The position numbers and the translations under genes are program-made. The notes under the pieces are model-generated. The model was not told the DNA's origin. It made no database searches and worked only from the letters and a program-made list of their open reading frames with translations. A DNA stretch of 64,000 bases from Thiotrichaceae bacterium UBA7357 (GTDB taxonomy: Bacteria > Pseudomonadota > Gammaproteobacteria > Eutrophobiales > Eutrophobiaceae): contig DKOR01000023.1 in NCBI GenBank assembly GCA_002470825.1, forward strand, positions 47,651 through 111,650, read 5' to 3'. The number at the start of each line of letters is the position of its first letter. Within the stretch, counting starts at the first letter, position 1. Below are positions 27,258 through 39,146 of this stretch, piece after piece.

Positions 27258-27630
27258 GAGTTATGTATCTTTAATATTTTTTGAATGATATGAATTTCCG
27301 TGAGATTCGTGACATAGCTTTTTATATTAAGTTTAATCTTTTAGGTAATATTTTTAAAATCTGTGTATTCATGAATATTATTTAAACCAAATTTTGGTTT
27401 CATTACCTGATTGGTACCCATCGTTATGATTCAGTATTATATCCATTGATGCATGATAACAAAAAAAACATTTAGTTTTTTAAGACAATCTTGTTATCAA
27501 CTACCAATTGTATCATTAGTCTAGTAATCGAGAGCTTAGTACGTTGTCTCGACCTTTTCATGTTTATCTTCTTGACAGTTTTTAAATAATTAACAATATT
27601 TGATAAGTTTTGTTTAGACTATTTAAACAT

Positions 27631-28446
27631 TTATGTTTGACAATTTCTGCAATAAAACGTTGACCGTTGCCCTAAGCGAATTACTTTGATGGGCATTTCA
27701 CAAGAACTACAGGGACGACCTGCCCTATCGTAAACTTGCAATTCATTTTTAAAATAACCAGGTTTGCCTTCACCGTTGATAAAATCACGTATTGTGGTGC
27801 CACCTTTTTTAATGGCTTGTGACAATACGTTTTTAATTTCAACAACGAGCCTTTTATATCTTGTTTTTGAAATTTCCCCAGCCCTTTTTGTTGGCCTGAT
27901 CCCTGCTTGGAAAAGGGCTTCATTCGCATAGATATTTCCTATACCAACAACTATACAACTATCCATGATGAAATTCTTAATAGGCTTAGTTCGCTTCCTT
28001 GACTGGGCATATAAATAATCAGCCTGAAACTCATAAGTTAATGGCTCGGGACCTAGGTGACTCAACAGTATATGTTTCATTGGATCATGTTTAGTCCAGA
28101 GTATAGAGCCAAACTTTCTTGGATCTCGGTAACGCAGTATATGACCAGACTTAAAGATAATATCAACATGATCATGTTTTCCAGGTGCTTGCATATCTTT
28201 CACGATCCTTAAGCTACCAGACATCCCGAGATGCAAAATCATACAGCCATTATCTGTGTAGAAAAGTAGATATTTTGCACGACGATTGAGTTTTGTAATT
28301 AATTGATTTTTGAGTGATCGTTTCAAGCCTGTTGGGATAGGCCAACGTAGCTGACGCTCACGAAGAACAATCTTTTTTACAACCTCACCTACAATGAATG
28401 GAGAGATCCCTTGACGGGTTGTTTCGACCTCAGGGAGTTCGGGCAT
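27631..28446 (-). CDS. mutM: formamidopyrimidine-DNA glycosylase
   Basis: MPELPEVET N-terminus and a C-terminal zinc finger CSSC...CRNC. 271 aa. Confidence 0.93.
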   Translation of the reverse strand: MPELPEVETTRQGISPFIVGEVVKKIVLRERQLRWPIPTGLKRSLKNQLITKLNRRAKYLLFYTDNGCMILHLGMSGSLRIVKDMQAPGKHDHVDIIFKSGHILRYRDPRKFGSILWTKHDPMKHILLSHLGPEPLTYEFQADYLYAQSRKRTKPIKNFIMDSCIVVGIGNIYANEALFQAGIRPTKRAGEISKTRYKRLVVEIKNVLSQAIKKGGTTIRDFINGEGKPGYFKNELQVYDRAGRPCSSCEMPIKVIRLGQRSTFYCRNCQT

Positions 28447-28462
28447 AAGTTTTTAATAAAGC

Positions 28463-29296
28463 TTAAAGATTTTCCGTTAATAATAATTTTTCTGATTCAT
28501 CATTGCCTAGATGATATTGAATCCCAATATCCTCCCTACCAAGTATCAAATATGGTTTGGTTGAAACAATAAAAAATTTGATTGTTATTCCGTCTGATGA
28601 AGACACAGTTATTGATGATTTTTTTACGGGCTTCATATATTTACTTACTGACACCGCAGTAGCCTCATTCCAACTAAACACAATTTTTTTCAATTGTTCA
28701 GGCTCCATATCTATCAACTTTTGTGTTTGCCAATTGTCATTAATTAACTCCATTCGATTGCTAGGGAATTGTATTGCGTCTATCTTCATATCAGTAGGTA
28801 ATATTTTGGGGTCTGCAAAAAATGTAGCATTTGTCGTTAGCTGCATATAGAGCGAATCATCTATCAGATGAATTTTTTCATTAAACAGAATATAACGACG
28901 TGTGTCTATGGCATCAGTATTACCAAAATTAAAAAAGTGGTCATTGAGTTTTAAGGTAATAGCAGGATCAATAAGGTTGAAGCGCGCCAAATCAACTGAG
29001 TCTCGATTTAACTGGCCATGAGATTCTGAGTCTAAGAGATGTAGCATCGCATTGATGCGTGCAGTATTAGCAAGAAAATTATAAGGTGAAAGCATATACC
29101 AGACTCCCTTTACTCTATTAAATTCAAGGTTGTCGATATTTTTTCTTAGTATCTCTATCTTGAGTATGTCGTCTTGATCTATTTTAGTGAGTCGTGGTAG
29201 AACATGATCAGCTTCGTCTTTTGACATAAGAATAGCCGAAGATAGCAAGATAATAAAAATCAGCAAACCGATGTTAAGCCGAAGGCGCGTATTCAT
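28463..29296 (-). CDS. DUF4340-like protein (accessory to the GldG-type ABC system)
   Basis: N-terminal TM/signal (LNIGLLIFIILLSSAILM). There are no catalytic motifs. It starts 1 nt after the GldG-like gene stop. The family call rests mainly on context. Confidence 0.5.
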   Translation of the reverse strand: MNTRLRLNIGLLIFIILLSSAILMSKDEADHVLPRLTKIDQDDILKIEILRKNIDNLEFNRVKGVWYMLSPYNFLANTARINAMLHLLDSESHGQLNRDSVDLARFNLIDPAITLKLNDHFFNFGNTDAIDTRRYILFNEKIHLIDDSLYMQLTTNATFFADPKILPTDMKIDAIQFPSNRMELINDNWQTQKLIDMEPEQLKKIVFSWNEATAVSVSKYMKPVKKSSITVSSSDGITIKFFIVSTKPYLILGREDIGIQYHLGNDESEKLLLTENL

Positions 29297-29297
29297 T

Positions 29298-30668
29298 TTA
29301 TTGATTCTTTCTTTTTAAACCAACAGTAATGCCGATAGCGATTAATATTGCAGGTAATATAAATAAAAATAAAATACCAATGATGCCAAGCATAACGGGT
29401 GAGATACTTAATTGTATATCATTTAATATTTTTGGTGGGATAGGTATAAACTCATCATCGCTACTTAACCAATTTACTATTCGTGTACCTAATTCACTAT
29501 TGCCGCTATTAGTAAGATAGGTGTTTGAGAGAAAATCTCCATCACCCAAGACGACGATGCGTTGTTGCTTGATAACAAGCTCTTCTTCCTTCGTTTCCAC
29601 TTCACGTTCTAGACTTATGCCAAGAGTCAACGGACCCAAGGTGTCGCTATCTTTATTGAATTCTATGGTATCTTTTAGCTTTGCTATTTCATTCCATGTA
29701 TGGTCGCCCGTACTTAGCAATGGTTTAGCTACCCAAATACTGCTCTCTAACAATTTTAGAGCACGAGCCATAGGAAATAAAGTTGTGAACTCAAACCCAT
29801 CAGTTAAGGGGTGCGGTGAATATAATGTTTTGGTTACGAGTGAAATAGTAGGGTTATTGATGCCTATCAATTGTCCAGCATAATCAATTATAGTGCCTTC
29901 ATAAAACTCTAAGGCAAGCTCTTTGGCTAATGCATCAAGATTATAAATAGGCCCAGGCTCATGCAACCATAATAGATTACCACCGTCATTAATATAATTA
30001 ATGATGATCTCAACTTCGCCCGGAAGATAATCTATGCGCGGACTAGCTATGACCAAAATTCCTGTATTGTTAGGTATTGTTTGTGTCTCAATAAGGTTGA
30101 TTGGACGCACACGGTAACCTTGATTAAATAACTGCTTGACCCACTCCCCCACGTCATGATTTTTATCACCCAAAGCGTTACGTTCACCATGACCTTCAAC
30201 GAAGACGATCCAATGCTGTTGATTGCGCGCTAGTCGTTGCAGTGCATTAGTAAAGACTTGTTCGTCAGCAGACTTTACATGTTCACTTCGTCCTTGATAA
30301 TGGACAATAATCTCGCCATTCACACTAATGCCAAGATTACGCATTTCATCGGGGACTGCATCCGGGTTTATAAAACGTAATACTATTTCCGATTTATGAT
30401 GTTGATACTTTCCGATGAATTTTCTAATTGCGTCACGTAGTTGAGAGTTTTCTTTTGCGTAAGATGTGACCTCAATTTTATCTGGCATCTGCGCTAAGAG
30501 ATCTTGACTTGCATTAGAGAGAGTATGTCGGCCGTTAGTTGTCCAGTCATATTCTATAAAATATTTATTACTCATCCATGACAACAGTCCTAGACTTATG
30601 CTTAACAAACAGAACATAATAATACTGTTGACACGATTTTGAAGTCTGGTTTTTTCGGTTACGAACAT
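29298..30668 (-). CDS. GldG-like ABC transporter auxiliary component (ABC_transp_aux family)
   Basis: 456 aa with N- and C-terminal TM helices bracketing a large extracytoplasmic domain. It follows an ABC-2 permease and an ATPase in the GldA-GldF-GldG order. Confidence 0.65.
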   Translation of the reverse strand: MFVTEKTRLQNRVNSIIMFCLLSISLGLLSWMSNKYFIEYDWTTNGRHTLSNASQDLLAQMPDKIEVTSYAKENSQLRDAIRKFIGKYQHHKSEIVLRFINPDAVPDEMRNLGISVNGEIIVHYQGRSEHVKSADEQVFTNALQRLARNQQHWIVFVEGHGERNALGDKNHDVGEWVKQLFNQGYRVRPINLIETQTIPNNTGILVIASPRIDYLPGEVEIIINYINDGGNLLWLHEPGPIYNLDALAKELALEFYEGTIIDYAGQLIGINNPTISLVTKTLYSPHPLTDGFEFTTLFPMARALKLLESSIWVAKPLLSTGDHTWNEIAKLKDTIEFNKDSDTLGPLTLGISLEREVETKEEELVIKQQRIVVLGDGDFLSNTYLTNSGNSELGTRIVNWLSSDDEFIPIPPKILNDIQLSISPVMLGIIGILFLFILPAILIAIGITVGLKRKNQ

Positions 30669-30674
30669 CTTTAA

Positions 30675-31421
30675 TTAGCTATAAGTCCTTTCAGCATCTA
30701 GGCGCCAAATGCTTAAGATAATGAAGTAGACGGAGACAATGATATAAAACAATACATCAACAGAACTAAAAACACCGGTTAATAAACTGGTATAGTGTTT
30801 AAGCAGCGACATATAAGAAAAAACTTCTGCCACACTTTCTGAGGCATTAATACCTGCATAATTAATTATCCACAGAAAGATTAAAACGCCAAAGGTGCTA
30901 ATAGCAGCAATAGCCGGTGAACTTGTTAATGATGAAATAAACAAGCCAATCGCTGCAAACGTGGACATCAACAACAACAACCCTATTAGCCCAGATGCAA
31001 TTTGACCTAAATCAAGTTGTGTCCCAAACATTAGTGATATCGGCATTAGGCTAATCATTAATAATATTAAACAATAAAATATTATAATTCCAAAATACTT
31101 ACCGAGTACTAACTCGGTAATTGTTATCGGTGAGGAAACTAGTAATTTAATCGTACCTAATCGGCGCTCTTCTGTAATTAAACGCATGGTTAAAAGTGGT
31201 GAAATCAACAACAGAATAATGCCGCATATTTGATACATTCCAGAAACAACAATATCTGTCAAACCGGATGTTACGGAAGAAGCTTCTAGATATTGGGATA
31301 GCAATAAATAAAAGAAGATTGCCATAAGGAATTGCATTATTGCGAGAATGATCCATGCAAATGGTGATTTAAACAGACGCCGCAACTCGTTAATCGCGAT
31401 TAACTTTATATTACTAATCAT
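30675..31421 (-). CDS. ABC-2 type transporter permease (GldF-like)
   Basis: About six TM helices, 248 aa. Overlaps the ATPase gene by 4 nt. Confidence 0.7.
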   Translation of the reverse strand: MISNIKLIAINELRRLFKSPFAWIILAIMQFLMAIFFYLLLSQYLEASSVTSGLTDIVVSGMYQICGIILLLISPLLTMRLITEERRLGTIKLLVSSPITITELVLGKYFGIIIFYCLILLMISLMPISLMFGTQLDLGQIASGLIGLLLLMSTFAAIGLFISSLTSSPAIAAISTFGVLIFLWIINYAGINASESVAEVFSYMSLLKHYTSLLTGVFSSVDVLFYIIVSVYFIILSIWRLDAERTYS

Positions 31422-32377
31422 TTTATATTATTTTTTTCTAGTTGTTCAATATCACCATGTGTCAGTCGCATAAACGTTTCTTCAAGCGAAGCGCCTCTTG
31501 GTTTAAGCTTAAATAAACCCCAGTTATCGAAAACTGATTTTTTCACAATAGTATCAATCATATTTGACTCTTGATTAAAATTGATGCAAAAAACTTCTTC
31601 GTTGATTCTTTCAACAGAGGTAATGCCTTCTATGCAAAGCAATGATTCCAACTTAGGTGGATTCCGTAATCCAATTTCAACGCTGTCTGGCTTGATAGAA
31701 CCATTTTCTAATTGGTCCAATCGTTGGTCTAAAACTATATGACCCTGATCGATGATCAAGACTCGATTACAGAGGCTATGTATTTCTGACAATATATGCG
31801 TAGATAATATGACGCTATGGTCTTTACCTAATTCGCGCATCAATTCTCGTATCTCGCGAATCTGAATGGGGTCAAGCCCTGAAGTAGGCTCGTCAAGGAT
31901 GATAACCGGTGGCGAATGAATAATAGCTTGAGCAATCCCAACGCGTTGTTTATAGCCCTTAGATAAATTTTGGATCAGACGTGAACCAACATTTTTGAGA
32001 CCGCAGCGTTCTTTACTCAAGTTAACCTTATTTGTTAATTCGTTTTTTTTAATACCGCGAAGTTTTGCTGCATAATTTAAATATTCATTGACTGTTAAGT
32101 CATAATACAAGGGCGGTTGTTCTGGTAAAAATCCGATGTGATTTTTTGCTAATTGTGGTGCTGTATTAATATCGTGCCCGGCAATATTAACGGAACCATG
32201 GTGAGCAGTAATGACACCGCAAATTATTTGCATTGTGGTTGACTTCCCAGCGCCGTTTGGACCTAAAAAACCAAGAATCTCGCCACGATGAACATTGAAA
32301 CTAACATTTTCTATGGCTTTTTGTTGGGCATAAGAACGTGAGAGCTCTTGAACTGAAATAAGTATTTCACTAGTCAT
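31418..32377 (-). CDS. ABC transporter ATP-binding protein (GldA-like)
   Basis: Walker A GPNGAGKST, signature LSKGYKQRV, Walker B VIILDEPTSGLD and an H-loop STHIL. Confidence 0.88.
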   Translation of the reverse strand: MTSEILISVQELSRSYAQQKAIENVSFNVHRGEILGFLGPNGAGKSTTMQIICGVITAHHGSVNIAGHDINTAPQLAKNHIGFLPEQPPLYYDLTVNEYLNYAAKLRGIKKNELTNKVNLSKERCGLKNVGSRLIQNLSKGYKQRVGIAQAIIHSPPVIILDEPTSGLDPIQIREIRELMRELGKDHSVILSTHILSEIHSLCNRVLIIDQGHIVLDQRLDQLENGSIKPDSVEIGLRNPPKLESLLCIEGITSVERINEEVFCINFNQESNMIDTIVKKSVFDNWGLFKLKPRGASLEETFMRLTHGDIEQLEKNNIK

Positions 32378-32565
32378 AGCATAACTATTATTCTTATTAC
32401 ATGATAACTTGCAAGTACATTTCTAGAATTTGCCTATAAGATATGGGTAGAAGAAGTTTTATAAGCTGGCTAAACAAACCATAAAGAAGAACTCCTGGCT
32501 ATGTTATTGTGGCTAGTAAGATTAAGGGCGAGTAATTTTAGATAATTAAGATGAGGTTATGAAAT

Positions 32566-33732
32566 ATGTTTAATGGATTGATTGGCATGCCATGGTGGGG
32601 GTATTTTTTGGTGATTTTTGGTTTGACACATATCACAATTGTTTCGGTTACAATTTATCTACATCGCAATCAAGCACATCATGCTCTTGAATTGCATCCG
32701 CTTATAAGTCATTTTTTTCGTTTTTGGTTGTGGTTAACTACAGCTATGGGCACAAAAGAATGGGTTGCAGTACATCGTAAACATCATGCTAAGGTTGAGA
32801 CCGATGAAGATCCACATAGCCCAGTAACCCATGGCCTTGACAAAGTTCTTTGGGACGGAGTTGAATTATATCGTACCGAGACAAAGAATCAGGGTACTCT
32901 CGAGAGATATGGGCATAAGACACCGGAAGATTGGATAGAATGCAATTTGTATAGCAAATTTACCTTTCTTGGCATCTTCTGTTTGTTTATCATTAATTTT
33001 TTATTGTTTGGTGTACTAGGTATTTCGATTTGGGCGATGCAAATGGCTTGGATTCCTTTCTTTGCGGCAGGAGTAATCAATGGCGTAGGACATTGTTTTG
33101 GCTACAGAAATTTTGAATCATCTGATGCCTCGACTAATATTGTTCCTGTAGGTATCTTTATTGGTGGTGAAGAACTGCATAATAATCATCATGCATTTGC
33201 CAGCTCGGCAAAGTTTTCTAACAAAAAATGGGAATTCGATCTTGGTTGGCAATATATACAACTATTAACTTTGATCGGTCTAGCAAAGGTTAGAAGACTT
33301 GCTCCGACGCCAAGATTTAACGATGAAAATTCGTTAATTGATTATGATACTGTATGTGCGGTTATTTCTAATAGGTGGCATGTAATGTCTGACTATGCGC
33401 ATGAAGTAATCGGTGATGTTTATAAGGATGAAATGCGCAAGGCTAATGCGACAGGAAAAACATTATTACGTCGAGGAAAAAAGTTGATGAGTAGGGCGGA
33501 TAGTTTACTAGATATGAATGCACGTCTTCGTTTAGAGAGCATTCTCGAGCATAGTGACACGCTAAATGAGGTATACATGTTTAAGCAGCGCCTACAAGAG
33601 ATATGGACAGAGAAGACAGCAACACGTGAAACCCTAGTAAGAGACCTACAGGATTGGTGTAGACAGGCAGAATCAACAGGGATAGAGGCTTTAGAAGATT
33701 TTTCGCGTGATATTAGAGCTTATACATTATAA
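32566..33732 (+). CDS. membrane fatty acid (delta-9 type, DesA-like) desaturase
   Basis: Three His boxes (HRNQAHH, HRKHHAK, HNNHHAF) with an N-terminal TM helix and a TM hairpin between the second and third boxes. 388 aa. Confidence 0.8.
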   Translation: MFNGLIGMPWWGYFLVIFGLTHITIVSVTIYLHRNQAHHALELHPLISHFFRFWLWLTTAMGTKEWVAVHRKHHAKVETDEDPHSPVTHGLDKVLWDGVELYRTETKNQGTLERYGHKTPEDWIECNLYSKFTFLGIFCLFIINFLLFGVLGISIWAMQMAWIPFFAAGVINGVGHCFGYRNFESSDASTNIVPVGIFIGGEELHNNHHAFASSAKFSNKKWEFDLGWQYIQLLTLIGLAKVRRLAPTPRFNDENSLIDYDTVCAVISNRWHVMSDYAHEVIGDVYKDEMRKANATGKTLLRRGKKLMSRADSLLDMNARLRLESILEHSDTLNEVYMFKQRLQEIWTEKTATRETLVRDLQDWCRQAESTGIEALEDFSRDIRAYTL

Positions 33733-33789
33733 CCTGTTACAAATTGAGTCGATAGATAGCATAGATGTAAAGATCAATATTACCGTTTT

Positions 33790-33945
33790 TTATTTAATTT
33801 TAGCCTCTTTATAAATTACGTGCTTACGAACAACAGGATCGTATTTTTTGATCTCTATCTTGTCTGGCATTGTGCGTTTATTTTTGGTTGTCGTGTAGTA
33901 GTGCCCAGTTTCTGCTGATGAGACAAGTTTTATTTTTTCACGCAT
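33790..33945 (-). CDS. rpmG: 50S ribosomal protein L33 (not in the ORF track)
   Basis: Reverse-strand translation is [51 protein letters not shown]. It lies 11 nt downstream of rpmB. Confidence 0.9.
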   Translation of the reverse strand: MREKIKLVSSAETGHYYTTTKNKRTMPDKIEIKKYDPVVRKHVIYKEAKIK

Positions 33946-33956
33946 TATTGTTTTCC

Positions 33957-34196
33957 TCAGACTGCCGCTTTCTTGCGAGCTTTTATATCAATTAGTACTT
34001 CTTCAATACCTTTTTTATCAATGATACGTAAGCCTTTTGTGCTGACGCGTAATCTAACCCAGCGATTCTCACTTTCTATCCAAAATCGGCGTGATTGCAG
34101 ATTTGGCAGGAAACGACGTTTTGTCCTATTGTTGGCATGGGAAACGTTATTCCCGATCATCGGGGTTTTACCTGTTACTTCACATACTCGCGACAT
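33957..34196 (-). CDS. rpmB: 50S ribosomal protein L28
   Basis: [34 protein letters not shown] is the canonical L28 N-terminus. The track's 23-codon upstream extension is rejected. Confidence 0.92.
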   Translation of the reverse strand: MSRVCEVTGKTPMIGNNVSHANNRTKRRFLPNLQSRRFWIESENRWVRLRVSTKGLRIIDKKGIEEVLIDIKARKKAAV

Positions 34197-34515
34197 TATT
34201 TCTCTCATCATTGATAATAAAAAAGAGCGCGGATTATACATGTATGAAAACCTGAATCCAAGCACTTGCTTCTCTTTGGCGACAAAATAATTTTTTGACG
34301 AATCAGGCTCAGTAGAAAAAAGTAGAATTACAGAGAAGCTGGGAGCTGCGGTTTCTTTTGACTGATCATAAGGAAAAAATGAAAAAAGCTCAAATATACA
34401 CTAGGATACTAAGTTATTATTCTGAACAGTTTATTTCTAATTATAACCTTTCTGCGGTGCGCGACTACTATGTTTAATTTGTACGTCATTTGAAATAATA
34501 ATGTAATATAAATAT

Positions 34516-35730
34516 ATGTATCAGCTAACTGGGAAGCGAATCTTATTAGGTGTCACAGGAGGTATCGCTGCTTATAAGGCAGCTACCCTCTTGCGTAAAT
34601 TGCGACAATATGGTGCAGAGGTTCGAGTAGTCATGACGCACAATGCTTGTCAATTTATAACCCCATTAACTATGCAGGCATTATCAGGTAAGCCTGTACA
34701 TACAAATCTGTTAGACATGGAAACTGAATCGGCAATGAGTCACATCGATTTAGCAAGATGGCCCGATTTGGTCCTGATAGCCCCTAGTAGTGCCAATTTT
34801 ATTGCTAGATATTCTAATGGTTTTGCAGAAGATCTCTTAAGCACTCTCTGCTTAGCAACAAGTAGCCCAGTAATGCTTGCTCCAACAATGAATCAACAAA
34901 TGTGGCAAAACCCGGCAACACAAGAAAATCTAAAGAAATTGAGAACTAGGGGGATCACTATAATTGGTCCGGCAGATGGCGATCAAGCTTGCGGCGAGAA
35001 TGGTCTCGGGCGGATGCTAGAACCGGAAGAAATAACAAGACTTGTGGCAAAATCATTTGAAGTTAATATTCTCAGTGGGTCTCGGTTGTTAATTACAGCG
35101 GGACCGACCCGTGAAGCCATTGATCCTGTTAGATATATCAGTAATCACAGTTCTGGTCGGATGGGCTATGCAGTTGCTATGGCAGGTATTGAGGCCGGCG
35201 CTGAGGTTTCTCTTATCTCCGGTCCGGTCAATTTGTCAGCGCCATCTCGTGTTGAATTGATAAATGTAGTATCGACAGCAGAGATGTATTCTGCCGTTAT
35301 GCAAAAGGTTGGTAGTACAGATATATTTATTTCGGCAGCGGCGGTCGCAGACTTCAGTTTACAAACTATTGCTTATAAAAAAATAAAAAAATCTAGTGGT
35401 GCATTTGAACTAAGTTTGCAAAAGAACCCTGATATTCTTGCAGAAGTAGCGGCGCTAAATAGTCCACCTTTTACAGTAGGATTTGCCGCGGAGACAGAGA
35501 ATATAGAATTAAACGCTCAAGCAAAATTGCGTTCTAAAAGACTTGATATGATTGCGGCAAACCAAGTGGGTCAAGGTCTTGGTTTTGATTCAGAGATGAA
35601 TACCTTGACAGTGTTTTGGGGTAATGAAAAGAAGCAGATGCAAAAAGCATCAAAAACTAGGCTTGCTAGAATATTAATAACTCTTATCGCAGACCGATAT
35701 AATGAAAAAAATTCTAATAAAACTCATTGA
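34516..35730 (+). CDS. coaBC: bifunctional phosphopantothenoylcysteine decarboxylase / phosphopantothenate-cysteine ligase
   Basis: Flavoprotein domain [10 protein letters not shown]...PAMN-type region (APTMNQQMW) and a CoaB domain ([29 protein letters not shown]). Confidence 0.92.
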   Translation: MYQLTGKRILLGVTGGIAAYKAATLLRKLRQYGAEVRVVMTHNACQFITPLTMQALSGKPVHTNLLDMETESAMSHIDLARWPDLVLIAPSSANFIARYSNGFAEDLLSTLCLATSSPVMLAPTMNQQMWQNPATQENLKKLRTRGITIIGPADGDQACGENGLGRMLEPEEITRLVAKSFEVNILSGSRLLITAGPTREAIDPVRYISNHSSGRMGYAVAMAGIEAGAEVSLISGPVNLSAPSRVELINVVSTAEMYSAVMQKVGSTDIFISAAAVADFSLQTIAYKKIKKSSGAFELSLQKNPDILAEVAALNSPPFTVGFAAETENIELNAQAKLRSKRLDMIAANQVGQGLGFDSEMNTLTVFWGNEKKQMQKASKTRLARILITLIADRYNEKNSNKTH

Positions 35731-36178
35731 TAAACGTTTAGGTAATGATTTTCCTTTGCCGAAATATGCTACATCAGGTTCAGCAGGACTCGATTTATGT
35801 GCGTGCCTAGATGCTGATTTGCAGATAGGTCCGGGTGAGACAGTTTTAATTCCTGTAGGTTTTGCTATTCATATTGCGGATAATTCTTACGCTGCCGTAT
35901 TATTACCACGGTCAGGACTTGGTCATAAACATGGTATTGTGCTTGGTAATTTAACGGGCTTAGTCGATTCAGATTATCAGGGTGAGATTCTTGTTTCATG
36001 TTGGAATAGAAGCGATGCAGGATACAACATAAAACCTGGAGATCGGTTCGCGCAAATGGTCATAGTGCCAGTGGTACAAGCAAATTTTGAATTTGTTGAT
36101 TCGTTTACAGAAACAGTAAGGGGTGAGTCTGGTTTTGGTCATACTGGCACCTCGAAAAATTTGAGGAAGACGAATTAA
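35702..36178 (+). CDS. dut: dUTP diphosphatase
   Basis: [34 protein letters not shown] and C-terminal [10 protein letters not shown]. Overlaps coaBC by 29 nt. Confidence 0.93.
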   Translation: MKKILIKLIDKRLGNDFPLPKYATSGSAGLDLCACLDADLQIGPGETVLIPVGFAIHIADNSYAAVLLPRSGLGHKHGIVLGNLTGLVDSDYQGEILVSCWNRSDAGYNIKPGDRFAQMVIVPVVQANFEFVDSFTETVRGESGFGHTGTSKNLRKTN

Positions 36179-37551
36179 TGATAGACCCAACAATTTTTCG
36201 TGCTTATGATATCCGTGGTGTTGTAGAGGAAACGTTAACTGAAGTTGCTGTCTATGAGATTGCCAGAGCGATTGGCACTATGGCTCATGAGCTTGGCCAA
36301 CAAAGGATCGTTGTTGCCAGAGATGGTAGAGAGTCAAGTTCAGGATTATCCGAGATATTGATTAAAGGCCTCATAAATACAGGTAGAGATGTCATTGATA
36401 TAGGCATGGTACCAACTCCGTTACTCTACTTCGCTACACATCACCTTGAGACAGGAAGTGGCGTGATGATTACCGGCAGTCATAATGCCGCAGAATATAA
36501 TGGTCTCAAGATTATGTTAGATGGTAATACTCTTAGTGGCGAAGAGATAAAGGACATCCAGAATCGTACTCACTCTGCTGACTATGTTGTTGGTGAAGGT
36601 GATGTTTCGTATTTAGATATTACTGCCGATTATATTCGACGAATAACAGAGGATGTTCCAACTCACACAGTTACCCCATTAAAAATTGTTGTTGATTGTG
36701 GTAATGGTGTAGCAGGCATCTTGGCACCACAATTATTAAATGCTCTTGGACATGAAGTTATAGAACTTTATTGTGAGATTGATGGTAAGTTTCCAAATCA
36801 TCACCCTGATCCTAGTCAGCCTGAAAACCTGCATGATCTTGTTGATAAAGTTAAGGCTGAAGGTGCGGATGTTGGTTTTGCTTTTGATGGTGATGGTGAT
36901 CGACTCGGTTTGATAGATAGTGACGGAAATATTATTTGGCCGGACCGTCAACTTATGCTACTGGCAAAAGATGTTCTTTCTCGTAATCAAGGCGCTAACA
37001 TTATCTTTGATGTTAAATGCAGTCGTCATCTTAAATCTATTATTGAGTCTAATGGTGGCATTCCATTAATGTGGAAAACAGGACACTCTTTCATAAAGAA
37101 CAAGATGAAAGAAGTCGATGCGCCATTAGCAGGCGAGATGAGTGGACATATCTTTTTCAAAGAACGTTGGTATGGTTTTGATGATGCGATTTATACGGCT
37201 ACGCGATTTATTGAAATATTTACTAATGCTGATGATACACCAACAAAGTTATTTGCAGAATTACCCGATAGTGTGTCAACACCTGAGTTAAGAATAGCAT
37301 TGCCTGAAGATAAACATGCTGATTTTATGAAAAGGCTTTTTGAAAAAATGAATGTGTCTAGGGGAGACATTTGTGACCTTGATGGACTTCGGATTGATTA
37401 TAGTGATGGTTGGGGGTTAGCGAGACCTTCAAATACCTCACCTAACATTATACTGAGGTTTGAAGGAGAGAATGAAGCAGTACTAAAACGAATAATGTCG
37501 GAGTTTTGTTCGGTAATTAAAATTATTATTCCGGTCGAATTAACATTTTGA
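36178..37551 (+). CDS. algC: phosphomannomutase/phosphoglucomutase
   Basis: FRAYDIRG, phosphoserine loop TGSHNAAEYNG, metal loop FDGDGDR and GEMSGH. The dut-algC-argB order matches Pseudomonas. Confidence 0.88.
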   Translation: MIDPTIFRAYDIRGVVEETLTEVAVYEIARAIGTMAHELGQQRIVVARDGRESSSGLSEILIKGLINTGRDVIDIGMVPTPLLYFATHHLETGSGVMITGSHNAAEYNGLKIMLDGNTLSGEEIKDIQNRTHSADYVVGEGDVSYLDITADYIRRITEDVPTHTVTPLKIVVDCGNGVAGILAPQLLNALGHEVIELYCEIDGKFPNHHPDPSQPENLHDLVDKVKAEGADVGFAFDGDGDRLGLIDSDGNIIWPDRQLMLLAKDVLSRNQGANIIFDVKCSRHLKSIIESNGGIPLMWKTGHSFIKNKMKEVDAPLAGEMSGHIFFKERWYGFDDAIYTATRFIEIFTNADDTPTKLFAELPDSVSTPELRIALPEDKHADFMKRLFEKMNVSRGDICDLDGLRIDYSDGWGLARPSNTSPNIILRFEGENEAVLKRIMSEFCSVIKIIIPVELTF

Positions 37552-37584
37552 CAAGTTAAATACATTCCTATGCAAGAAGCTTGA

Positions 37585-38529
<945 letters not shown>

Positions 38530-38555
38530 ACAGCCACATAAACAATGAGGACATA

Positions 38556-39146
38556 ATGGTTAGTAATTTCAAAACTAACAGACGACAACAGATACTTGAG
38601 GTTTTGGCTCAAGAACTGGAAATAAATCCGGGCTTGCGTATTACAACAGCCAGCCTTGCTAGTGCCGTTGGGGTTTCAGAAGCAGCGCTGTATAGACATT
38701 TTGCTAGCAAGGCAAAAATGTTTGAGGCGCTAATCGATTTTGCAGAAGAGTCAGTATTTGGAATAATCAATAAAATTTTAAGTAACGAAACTGATGTAAT
38801 GGTTCGTAGCGAAAAGATCATTCAATTAATGTTGGGTTTTTCAGAAAAGAATCCAGGTATTACGCGTATTTTGATTGGTGATGTGTTGTTGGGAGAAAGT
38901 GAGCGTTTGCATATTCGAGTAGTACAGTTTTTTGAAAGGCTAGAAACACAATTTCGACAAGTACTACGTGAATCTAATTTAGTTGAAGGTCGAAAATCGA
39001 TAAGCAATCAGGAGGCGGCTGCCAATCAGATGTTAACCTATACTGAGGGTAAAATGTCTCAATTCGTGAGGAGTTCATTTACAAAAAAACCTACTATACA
39101 TTGGGATACTCAGTGGGCAACATTGAGAACCGGATTATTCAGATAA
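38556..39146 (+). CDS. slmA: nucleoid occlusion factor SlmA (TetR family)
   Basis: Near-colinear with E. coli SlmA as recalled: RITTASLASAVGVSEAALYRHF, NPGITRIL, QFFERLETQFRQVLRE and MSQFVRSSF. Confidence 0.85.
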   Translation: MVSNFKTNRRQQILEVLAQELEINPGLRITTASLASAVGVSEAALYRHFASKAKMFEALIDFAEESVFGIINKILSNETDVMVRSEKIIQLMLGFSEKNPGITRILIGDVLLGESERLHIRVVQFFERLETQFRQVLRESNLVEGRKSISNQEAAANQMLTYTEGKMSQFVRSSFTKKPTIHWDTQWATLRTGLFR

